From: Malacoraja senta
Taxonomy: Eukaryota
DNA: 64,000 nucleotides
Assembly (NCBI GenBank): GCA_038087875.1
Contig: CM075990.1
Span: forward strand, 15,562,001-15,626,000
Direction of reading: 5' to 3'
In this document: in pieces, positions 53,165-64,000 of the stretch
Position numbering within the stretch: the first letter of the stretch is position 1
Layout: each line of letters begins with the position of its first letter
Position numbers and translations under genes: made by a program
Notes under the pieces: model-generated
Told to the model about the DNA's origin: nothing
Databases searched by the model: none
The model's input: only the letters and a program-made list of their open reading frames with translations

Positions 53165-53520
53165 AGAACATGGAAAAGTACAGCACAAAAAACAGGCCCT
53201 GCGCCCCACAGTCTGTGCCGGGACCAACTCTTAATCCATATCCCTCCATTCCCCGCTTATCCATATGCCTTTCCAAACACCTCTATCATATCTGCCTTAA
53301 ACACTTCCACTGCTACCCTCTGCGTATAAAACTTGCCCCGCACATCTCCTTGAAACTTTGGTCCTCTCACCATAAAGCTATGTCCTCCAGTCCAGAGTAT
53401 GATTTTTTCATCCTGGGAAAAAGGTTCTGGCTGTCTACCCCATCCATGCCTATCATAATTTTACATACTTCTCTCATGTCTCCCCACAACTTCTGGTGTT
53501 CCAGAGAAAACAGTCCAAGT
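53165..53520 (-). mobile_element. Degraded CR1 3' fragment
   Basis: agaacatggaaaagtacagcaca..aacaggccc tail. Confidence 0.7.
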
Positions 53521-54149
53521 CGTGTTTGAATCCAAGGAACCTGAGCTGAAGTAATTTTAGATCATTGGAGTTAAAAAAAAAGAAGCAAAGCTCAGTAACG
53601 GTAGGCACAGAACAGCTAGATTGTCCTGAGAATCCATCTCATTTACTAATGTCCTTGAGAGAAGTAAATCTGCTGTACGTCCCTAATCTGACCAAACTAT
53701 ATTTGTGAGCCGAGACCCACGAATGTGGTGGACTTTGTGTCTCTTCAGTTCAGGTAACATTCGGGAAGGACAATAAATGATACCATTGCTTGTGACACCT
53801 GCATCCCGTGAATGAATTATATCTAAAGCCAACAGGAGCTCATGTTATTAATTCGAAGACAATGTTAGCAAGTCAACACACAAGGGTGTTGAAATTCATC
53901 ATCCACTGTATGTACTAAGTGGCATTAAATCAGTGAACACGAATCTTAGAAGCCTGGTTCAACGAGCACAGTTTTTAGGCAGAGATTACAGGGTAAGCAA
54001 GTGCAGTGGAGGGTAGATTTTCACTATCTGTATAAAGCCTTCAGAGCGTTATAAGGCATGATTCTGTGCTGAAGAATTTAGAGTAATGATAAAAGCATTT
54101 GCCCAGCAACCTCTCCAGCAAATGATGTGCAGAGCCAGTTAAACACTAA

Positions 54150-54363
54150 AGGGCCTGTCCCACTTGGCCGTCATTTGCGCGTCACGCAGATGGCGCGCAA
54201 AGATTTTGTACATCACAAAATCCTTCGACGCCGCGTGTGGCCGCGCATCACTGCCTATGTCATCACGCACCATGCGCGCATCACGTGCGTGTCACGACGC
54301 GCAGGGTCGTGCATCGTGACGCGTAAATTACGCGTAAATTGACGGCCAAGTGGGACAGGCCCT
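54150..54363. mobile_element. PIF/Harbinger-like MITE (subfamily D), fold-back
   Basis: TIR AGGGCCTGTCCCACTTGGCCGTCA; exact TAA TSD; CGCG-rich interior. Confidence 0.9.
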
Positions 54364-54814
54364 TAAGTATATAACAGCCCAGTGAGGATTAAGCCGATGA
54401 GACAACAAACGCAGATACAACACAGGAGTATTAAAGGGGGAGGTATGCTTTGGCAATGTCAGAGGACAAAAACATATGAGGCGTGAATTAATTCCAATGA
54501 TTGTGTTGTCCTCTTACATCTAATGCTCAGGCAGATGGCTGGCTGGAAGATCTTGGCCAAGATTAGGTATCAGCTGCTTCATACTGCACTCAGGGAAGAA
54601 TATAGGCAGAAGTCCCCAATGTTATTTTGACACCTATACTCATGGTCTGGGAGAGTTGAACAGTAGTGGATTCATCTCATGCCATGCTGCTATTTCTGAA
54701 CTAATTTCCTTTTCTGACAGTACTGTGAGGAGATGCACTTGGATGGACTGTGACAAAGGAATAAGCCAAATAAAGACAGAACTATTTTTCCTGAAAATAG
54801 ACACAAAAAGCTGG

Positions 54815-55088
54815 AGTTCAGAAAAAATAGTGTAGGAAGGAACTGCGGATGCTGGTTTACCCTGAAGATAGACACAAAAAGCTGGAGTGACTCAGCGGGT
54901 CAGGCAGCATCTCTGGAGAGAAGGAATGGGCGATGTTTCAGGTTGCAACCTTCTTCAGACTCGAAACGACAACCATTCCTTCTCTCCAGAGATGCTGCCT
55001 GACCCGCTGAGTCACTCCAGCTTTTTGTGTCTATCTTCAGGGTAAACCAGCATCCACAGTTCCTTCCTACACTATTTTTTTCTGAACT
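54815..55088. repeat. Near-perfect ~115-bp inverted repeat (Penelope-derived)
   Basis: Arms 54815-54929 and 54973-55088 differ by one substitution and one A-run length. Confidence 0.92.
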
Positions 55089-55110
55089 GTTCTTGCAAGC
55101 TCCTCAAATG

Positions 55111-55570
55111 ATCTTATGAAGAAAGACTGGATAGACTTGGTTTATACTCTCTAGAATTTAGGAGATTGAGAGGGGATCTTATAGAAACTTACAAAATTCT
55201 TAAGGGGTTGGACAGGCTAGATGCAGGAAGATTGCTCCCGATGTTGGGGAAGTCCAGGACAAGGGGTCACAGCTTAAGGATAAGGGGGAAATCCTTTAAA
55301 ACCGAGATGAGAAGAACTTTTTTCACACAGAGAGTGGTGAATCTCTGGAACTCTCTGCCACAGAGGGTAGTCGAGGCCAGTTCATTGGCTATATTTAAGA
55401 GGGAGTTAGATGTGGCCCTTGTGGCTAAAGGGATCAGAGGGTATGGAGAGAAGGCAGGTACGGGATACTGAGTTGGATGATCAGCCATGATCATATTGAA
55501 TGGCGGTGCAGGCTCGAAGGGCCGAATGGCCTACTCCTGCACCTAATTTCTATGTTTCTATGTTTCTATG
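55111..55570 (+). mobile_element. Young CR1 3' fragment
   Basis: ORF 55166-55471 (RGDLIETYK..RTRGHSLRIRG..FFTQRVVNLWNSLP) and (tttctatg)n tail. Confidence 0.92.
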
Positions 55571-58500
55571 ATGGGAAGGTGGAATAGAATTTGCAAGAAT
55601 TGATCTGCCATTGACGCAATGTTAAAAACCAAAATTAGGTTAAAACAGTGGTCTGAAACTGTATTGTTAAACCTGAAAAGGTCTCTAAAATTCATCACTC
55701 AAGCCTAAAAAACATCTAAAAGAAATTCTCTTGACATTCCCTTATATTCTCAACCTGTTGTCCCACACTAATTGTACAAGAGGGGGAATGGAAATTCTAA
55801 CAAGAAATTCTTCACTGGAAAGTCATCTTTGTGAGATTTCAATATATTTTTCTCTGCTGTGACTGCAATATTATGAAAATGTTTATATTCAGGCAAAGAA
55901 AATCTCGTGAGGTCAGGTCATGCATATATTTGCATATGGGTTCAAAGTGCAACCAATCTTACTCGAATGGATTGTGAACTGGTCAAATGTGTTTGCAGTG
56001 AAAAGGTTCCTGTGATTTTTTTTTGGTACAGAACAGAAACAGGCCCTTCGGCCCACCGAGACCGCACCGACCAGCGATCCCCGCACTTTTAACGCTATCC
56101 TACGCACACTCGGGACAATTTACACTTACACCAAGCCAATTAACCTACAAACCTGTGAACAGTAGAAGGAAGAAAAGGTGAAAGAAAAGGAAAGGAAACC
56201 TGAAAGAAATGTAAATGTTGTAATTTTTAATTGGGGAACTATCATCACAAGGCACTGGAATTGGAGAGAATGGATCACTTTGTGGCCCAATGCACTGCAA
56301 AGTTCTCTCTCCACTGTCTCAGGAATGCGCATTGCCTTACTTTATCATTTTCTCTCTTGTTTCCTTTCCGATTTAGTGTTTGATTTTTTAGTGGTTTACG
56401 TGCTGTGACTGGGAGCAAAGCTAGGGCCTCCACCTCCAGCACGGCAGAGTAATGTCTTGTCTGCAGCAGAAAGTCCAGCTGCAGCAGAATCATAATTCAA
56501 TTATTGTTCAGTAGAACAGTTAGGCAGGCCTTTCATAATTACAGACAGCTAACACAGTCTTGCAGCATTCTGTACAGTCTGATGTTTGGGCAGCTGATGT
56601 GATTTGTTTAACTATTGTATTAAATCTTCTCTGACAATACGTAGCAACATTTTCTGGGACTATTAACTATTTAATATTTGATAGTTCAAAACTATCAGAT
56701 AATTTTTCGTTGACTGTCGCGACATTTCTGAAATTAATAGAATTAATGACTGGCATAAATCTTCCTTTTGACTTTTGCCACATCCTTTTACTTTGAAAAG
56801 AAAGCAAGATTTTTTCATATTTTTAATTCATCTGTTCTATAACTTTTTTTGCCTATCTTTCATTCATTTGTTCTATATCTCTCTGCATCACCGTCAATAT
56901 CTCTCGTTTCCCTTTCCCCTGATTATCCTGGTTTAGACCCAAAATGTCATCTATTCCTTTTTTCCAGAGATGCTGCCTGACCTGCTGAGTTCCTCCAGCT
57001 TTCAGTGTCTATCTTCGGTTTAAACCAGCATCTGCAGTTCCTTCCAGCACAAGCAAGATTTGCGCTTGTTCAGCATTGTTAACAGTACTATTTGGTTTGA
57101 TATGGTTGAAATGACAGTCAACAAATATTGACCATATACAGTATTACATCACGGTGATAAACTGCTTTGAGTCCCTTGATACCCACAAGATGAAAACGTT
57201 TGCCAACAGATTGACAATTTTCTTAAGATATCTGAGCTCGCATCCATCAATAGCAATGGGGGGGAAAAATCAGTAATGTGCGATAGTCAGCAGTTAAAGA
57301 ATGAATAATAGGTTATTATGAAGTTGCATTGAAGCAGAATTGAGTTTCTTAAACACAATTTGTATGAGGTTGTATTCTTCATAATGATAATACTATCAAC
57401 ATTCCCGTATCAATAAAATTATCCATGCATGTACATTCCAAGAGAAGCTAACAAAATAATAGCTATTGAAACACCAAATCGGAAATATTATGCAACATTG
57501 TTAAATGTATTATGCAGCCCTGTAATTCCATTGTGATTAAGAATTGCTTCAGAGGATAGATCATTAGCTTATAGATGGTTAGAGACCACCGCAATTCTTA
57601 TTTTTTAATCCTGTTTCGCACTGTGATTTTTGCAATTAACTAAAATTAAATGATTCCTGTATCTGGGCACAAGGGTCATCACCAAAAGCTTTTTTGACCA
57701 TTATTTAATTTGCTTGTCTTGGAGTCCTACACCTTTAACGAGGAAAAGCAACTAGTTTCAAAGTTATCAGGTCGTCAGTCAATATGATGTGTTGACACAT
57801 TCCAAAAGGCACTTTGTGTGTACAATTATAAAAATGCAAGTTACATTCAGTTAACAAGTCACCAGGCTGGATATGTTGCATGCAGCAAACATACAGGCAG
57901 CAAAGACTTTAACTATGGTTGTTCAGGGAAGCAATGGTTAGTACCATCATGCAGTTAGTGTATGGCTTTAGTGCCATGACATTAACCTACATCAATGAGC
58001 CTGGAGTGCGTCTCCTGGGTAAGACATGATATGAAACAGGGCTTGGTTAGTAAAGCAGTGAAAGTTCAAGGGAAAAATGCTGTTGCTATCAAAGAAAATA
58101 TTTAGCAGCACTATATTAATTCTAGCAATACTTCCACAGCAGACGTACGATAAATATTTTGTTATTCTTGCCATTTGCAACAGTGAACCTGCACCAACAT
58201 TATTGTGAAAGGGCATTTACAGTTTTAAACTCTTTTCATTGACCAGCAAGTTGTTTTGCCCTTTAACAACCATGTGGCTTTATCCAGCGAACCTACACCC
58301 AATATATACTCACCATACACAGCATTTTTCTCAAATGTGCCCCATCAGACTTTATTAAGCTGGTTACAAAATAGTAAATTGTTTGGTAGTTTCCCCACAA
58401 GTTTAATTTTTGTTAAGCCCATTTCAACAAGTATTGTTTTTCATTTTTTTCTCTTCCATGCAGGAGCAATCAATTGCCATTGGCTCCAGTGAGCCGGGGT

Positions 58501-59411
58501 GTGTAAGATAGAGCAGAAGCATTTTGTTGTCCACAAAAGTCTATTTCTAACAGCAATTAAAATTGACAATATCAACCCATCAGTACAGAACCTTGCGCAT
58601 TGTAACAACTCTAAGTCAATGCATGTCGACCAACAGAAAGAAGGCAGATAATGGTGACTGGTGAGGAGAACGGGTGCTTAGATTTGTCAGCTTTGGCATG
58701 AGATGAAGTCATGTCCAGGCACCAACTCCACAACAATCTCACAATTAAACCAAACCCACTTTAAGATCATTACTGTCATTAAATTCATGATGAAACCTTT
58801 TCAAGTGTTCAGGTTTTATTTGTTCAATGCACAATTGTTCAATGAATTTTAAAACATATATATTTAAGTTAATTTTTATCCAACGAGATTCTTCATTCTG
58901 GCGAGTCATAATCTAATGCCCGTCTCAAGCATGAATTACTCAGCACAATGGTGTTTCATTTAGTCAAATGAAATTAATTTCCTTGAGCCATTGCATGCTG
59001 ATACTTCACATTGGAAATGAATGGAAGAGCTTGATACAAAATGAAACAGAAAATGATAGAAATATTCAGCAGGTCTGAAGCCACGTGTGGACAGTGAAAA
59101 TGAGTTAATATTTCAGCTCGAACCGAAAAGTTGACTTTGCTTCTTCTTCCACTAATTCCGCCCAACCTGCAGAGCATTCCCGTGTTTCCATTTTTATTTC
59201 AGATTTTTTGCATCTGCAGTATTTTGGGGTTCTAACGCTGTGTGATAGATTCCTCAGCTTGAACTGTAACGTAACAGTACTTCTTATGCTGCTCAGTGCA
59301 TTCAGAAGTTAAAACACTTTCAGGCAGCAGCATTCTGGAGAGAGGCAATGTTTAGTTTTGTCCCACACTGACCTTTACACGAGGCTCAAGAACCTAAGAA
59401 TTAATTTGCAT

Positions 59412-59985
59412 TGACCAGTTGTACAGTTGTACAGGGCCCTAGTGAGACCACACCTGGAGTACTGTGTGCAGTTTTAGTCCCCTGATTTGAGGAAGGACAT
59501 TCTTGCTATTGAGGGAGTGCAGAGTAGGTTTACAAGGATAATTCCCGGGATGGCGGGACTGTTATATGCTGAGAGAATGGAGCAGTTGGGCTTGTACACT
59601 CTGGAGTTTAGAAGGATGAGAGGATATCTCATTGAAACATATAAGATTATTAGGGGCTTGGACACGCTAGAGGCAGGAAACATGTTCCCGATGTTGGGGG
59701 AGTCCAGAACCAGGGGCCACTGTTTAAGAATAAGCCATTTAGAACGGAGACGAGGAAACACTTTTTCTCACAGAGAGTGGTGAGTCTGTGGAATTCTCTG
59801 CCTCAGGTTTTCTGGATGCTTTCAAGAGAGAGCAAGACAGGGCTCTTAAAAATAGCGGAGTCAGGGGATATGGGGAGAAGGCAGGAACGGGGTACTGATT
59901 GTGGATGATCAGCCATGATCACATTGAATGGCGGTGCTGGCTCGAAGGGCCGAATGGCCTACTCCTGCACCTATTGTCTATTGTC
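59412..59985 (+). mobile_element. CR1 3' fragment
   Basis: LYRALVRPHLEYCVQF..RKDILAIEGVQ..RTRGH and (tattgtc)n tail. Confidence 0.9.
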
Positions 59986-60570
59986 TCTTAACCGCAAAAA
60001 TAATTTGCATTTAGAAAACTGGAAAAATATGGAATCCGTTTCGTGAAACAATATTAATCCAATGAGAAATCACATTGAACACATTCAAAATAATTTAAGC
60101 TCATTCTTTCTCCCCACAAGAACAATGCAATAATTTTGGTGGATTACACCACAGATAAAAATAATATTAGAATTACATTGACTCTGCCATTTAAAACAAT
60201 TTACCAATTGTTACTGGTGTACACCAACACACTTGTTCTGCAGGAAATTTTATGTAAAACTAAACTAAAATATATATTTTTTAAATGGGATGCAAAGCCA
60301 CAGCTGAAACAACAAAAATGGGTACTTCCCTGCATGGAGTGTGTAACAGAGTTATAGGTCGATTATCTTTCTTCAGTTCACTTTGTTTATTAATCAGGAC
60401 AAACTGATCCTAAATGTGAGTTCCATTTCCTTCCATACAGAGACTGCCCAACCCGCTGAGCATTTTCTGACAGCTTCTCGTAAACATAGTTACCCTAGAA
60501 AATATATCGGGGGGGAAAAAAAATGGAAGGAAATCCCCAAAATAGATTGAAGATGGACACAAAAAGCTGG

Positions 60571-60680
60571 GAACACCGATGCACGGCCCCGGAATTGTAC
60601 GTTCTCACGAGTGCGCGGTCTATGGCGGCAGATTCTTCCCGTTTCGCCGCCAATGACCGCAGACTCGTGAGACAGGCCTT
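60571..60680. mobile_element. Right end of a subfamily-C MITE inside a Penelope-derived repeat
   Basis: cgccaatgaccgcagactcgtgagacaggcctt|taa is identical to the right end of 29319-29847; the host resumes at taactcagcagg. Confidence 0.8.
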
Positions 60681-62128
60681 TAACTCAGCAGGTCAGGCAG
60701 CATCTCTGGAGAAAAGGAATAGGTGGCAATTTGGGTCAAAATCCCTCTTCAGACTCAGAGTACAGAGCCCCCTGACTCCCAGTCTGAAGAAGGGTCTCAA
60801 CCCAAAACGCCAACCATTCCTTTTCTCCAAAGATGCTGCCTGACCTGCTGAGTTACTCCAGCATATCTTCGGTGCAAACCTGCATCTATAGTTCCTTCCT
60901 ACCCAAAATAGATCCCATGATTTCAGAATTATGAAATTAATTTTAGATCACGGACACAGCAGCCAAGATTCTGCGTAGTCTTCATTAATGGGAGCATCGG
61001 CCACAACAAAAGACCTTCAGGACAAACCCTGGATAGAGTGCACACAGTCGAGACCATGTCACTTGCTCTTGTAACAAATCTTTGGAGTCTAATAACTCCT
61101 CAAACAATTATAACATTTTGCAGTCTACATGAATTTGCAAAGTCACAGATATTCAATAAAGAATACATAATGTACTTCACATAAAATGTTTATTTGTATG
61201 ACTGAATTTCATAAGGCAGACAGCAAGATAATCAGTGATAACTTTCTAAGTGCCATGTATAAAATAGTCATCGCTACTTCATTCAACCTGCCATTTTTGT
61301 CATCACTCATGCAAATTTGTTTCCCATCACACTGATTGTTGTTGCTCCAGAGTCTTTGCTAAGTACAATCTTGTTCATCCTGTATTTGAACTGTACATTC
61401 GCACAAAGCTGAAATATCTGTAAGCATTCCTTGTCACCTGTCCTTATGTCTATGTGAGGGGAACAATATTTGTGGAGTAAATGTTCAGCCATGAAGAGTA
61501 AATCATTCCAATTACATTAATAATTAAGATTTTATCTCCGTTTGCTTTGTTGTTACCTTCTCCCAGCTAACGATGATCTATTCTACATTTTCCGTGATCG
61601 ACATTCCCTTTGTCCTATTTCCACACAGTACACCTCCTTATCTATGTACCTCCCTCTCCCCTGACAGCAGTCTGAAGGACGTCACCCATACCTTCTCTCC
61701 AAAGATGCTGCCTGTCCTGCTGAGTTACTCCAACATTTTGTGACTGTCTTCAATTTAAACCAGCATCTGCAGTTCCTTCCTGAACAAGATGCTGGAGCAA
61801 CTCCGCAGGTCAGGCAGCATCTCTGGAGAACATGGAAAAGTGAAGTTTTGCGTCGGGATCCTTCTTCAGACTAAGAGTCCTGACCTTAAGCGCCACCTAT
61901 CCATTTTCCTCCAGAGATGCTGCCTGGCCCGCTGACTTACTCCAGCACTTTGTGTCCATCATTGGTATAAACCAGCATCTGCAGTTCATTTTTATTACAT
62001 TTCTAATTAACATTGATAGATGATGTTTGTGGGCAAAATCATCACTTGTAGATGTGTGGGTTTGTGTTTACAAAGTGTTCTGAGCTGAAACATCACCTGT
62101 CCATTTTCTCCAGAGATGCTGCCTGACC

Positions 62129-62576
62129 CATAGATACATAGATACATAGAAAATAGGTGCAGGAGTAGGCCATTCGGCCCTTCGAGCCTGCACCGCCATT
62201 CAATATGATCATGGCTGATCATCCAACTCAGTATCCCGTACCTGCCTTCTCTCCATACCCCCTGATCCCTTTAGCCACAAGGGCCACATCTAACTCCCTC
62301 TCAAATATAGCCAATGAACTGGCCTCAACTACCCTCTGTGGCAGAGAGTTCCAGAGATTCACCACTCTCTGTGTGAAAAAGTTTTTCCTCATCTCGGTCT
62401 TAAAGGATTTCCCCCTTATCCTTAAGCTGTGACCCCTTGTCCTGGACTTCCCCAACATCGGGAACAATCTTCCTGCATCTAGCCTGTCCAACCCCATAAG
62501 AATTTTGTACGTTTCTATAAGATCCCCTCTCAATCTCCTAAATTCTAGCGAGTATAAGCCAAGTCTATCCAGTCTT
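62129..62576 (-). mobile_element. Young CR1 3' fragment inserted in a Penelope-derived repeat
   Basis: ORF 62228-62533 is nearly identical to 55166-55471; host gctgcctgaccc|...|tgagttactccagc. Confidence 0.92.
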
Positions 62577-62924
62577 GATGAGTTACTCCAGCACTCTGTG
62601 TCTTTTTTGTGTGTAAATCAGCACTTGCAGTTCTTTGTGTCTACAGATCTGAAATAGATCATTTATCTAAGAATAGGAAAGGAGCTATTGTTAAGAATAT
62701 CTGTGTCTGATTTGTTGCTGATGACGTAAATGTTTCTCTTCTTTCAAAGAACTGTGTGGAAGAGGCTCTCATGGATCAAACAAAGTGGCTCGTAATCGTG
62801 TTTCACCGTTGAAGGAAAGAGTTGACTACCTCTCTGAGTCGAGGTTGAATCTCACACACTACCCAAGTTACCTGGTGAGGCAGGAAAAGGACTTCCCCCT
62901 GATTACCAACAGATAGACTCCCGA

Positions 62925-63245
62925 GTTGCCGATGTTGGGGGAATTCAGAACCAGGGGCCACAGTTGAAGAATAGGGGGTTGGCCATTTAGAATGGAGATG
63001 AGGAAAAACTTTTTTCACCCAGAGAGTTGTGAATCTGTGGAATTCTCTGCCACAGAAAGCAGTGGAGGCCAATTCTCTGGAAGCTTTCAAGAGAGAGTTA
63101 GATAGAGCTCTTAAAGATAGCGCAGTCAAGGGATATGGGGAGAAGGCAGAAATGGGGTACTGATTGTGGATGATCAGCCGATCACAATGAATGGCGGTGT
63201 TGGCTCGAAGGGCCGAATGGTCTACTACTGCACCTAAAGTCTATT
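62925..63245 (+). mobile_element. CR1 3' fragment
   Basis: ccgatgttggggga.t.cagaaccaggggccacag through the tail. Confidence 0.85.
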
Positions 63246-63349
63246 GAGTCAACCACGTGAAACTCTAATGGAGGTTAACACTTCAATGTTCACTCTATTC
63301 CTCTTTCCATTGAAACTGCCCAACATATAGAGTGTTTTTATCCTTTCTA

Positions 63350-63660
63350 AGGCAGCACGGTGGCTCAGCGGTAGTGTTGCAGCCTTACAGCACCAGAGAC
63401 CCTGGTTCGATGCTGACTCTGGGTATTTGTCTGTACGGTTTGTGGGTTCTCCCCGTGACCCGCGTGGGTTTTCTCGGGGATCTCCAATTTCCTCACACTT
63501 TCCAAAGACGTACAGGTTTATGGGTTAATTGGTGGTGCATAATAGTTTAAAAATGTGTCCCTCATCTAATTGCGTAGATTAGCGTTAATGTGCGGGGATC
63601 GTTGGTCGTCGCGGCCTCGGTGGGCCTAAGGGCCTGTTTCCGCGTTGTATCTCTAAAAAA
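63350..63660 (+). mobile_element. HE1-like SINE
   Basis: ggcagcacggtggctcagcggtag head, ggttcgat B box, V-domain and CR1-like tail. Confidence 0.85.
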
Positions 63661-64000
63661 ATCCAAACTATACTGCTGTATATAGTCCAGATTTCCAGCT
63701 TGAGGCCTACAGCTCATTGGGCTGAGGCTGCAACATTCTATCCTTATCCGCGACAGGGCCTTCCCTTCCTCCATCACCAACATTTGACTTTCGATGGGAG
63801 AGAAACCTCTGAGACCATTTGATGTGTTCACCCTTCAAATCTTTAAAATTCTGGTTCCAAAACAAAATATTCCCGCTACCCAAAACATATAATTCAGTGG
63901 AGACACCTGTCAACATTTAGTTCATCCGGCATTTGACTAGATGCAGATTTCCATAAGTTTCCATAACGTTCATGACACTGCTATGAAAGATGAGCCTTCC

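Noticed and set aside
57992-58216. VLLNIFFDSNS as the preceding KCNMA1 exon (expected [20 protein letters not shown])
   Set aside because: The similarity is superficial, whereas the real exons are near-identical to Slo1. The true exon was not found and is probably beyond 64000.

Overview
This is eukaryotic DNA, almost certainly from a cartilaginous fish (probably a skate or ray, judged from HE1-type tRNA/V-domain SINEs and HER1/CR1-type LINE tails). The whole window lies inside the KCNMA1 (Slo1/BK channel alpha) gene, which is on the minus strand. Three coding exons are present: 42336-42429 (S1-S2), 37057-37168 (S2-S3-S3/S4 linker) and 2401-2476 (S4 voltage sensor; not in the ORF track). They show two notable substitutions relative to mammalian Slo1 (K146D, N200S). 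The rest is intron, densely filled with transposon debris: CR1 3' ends, HE1-like SINEs, Rex1/Babar and L1-like fragments, PIF/Harbinger-like and hAT MITEs, and a composite Helitron. The most interesting hidden layer is a family of roughly 25-30 (counted by eye) short Penelope-derived, often palindromic repeats that carry a minimal type I hammerhead ribozyme motif (CTGANGA-A-stem II-GAAA-C-GTH). Several of these lie in KCNMA1 pre-mRNA orientation. Other points of interest are a Helitron carrying a duplicated GC-box/TATA/Inr promoter-like cassette antisense to KCNMA1, a teleost-like CORE SINE (horizontal-transfer candidate) and a strong CTCF motif. There are two assembly gaps. Family names come from recalled consensus features, not database searches, and repeat boundaries without TSDs are approximate.
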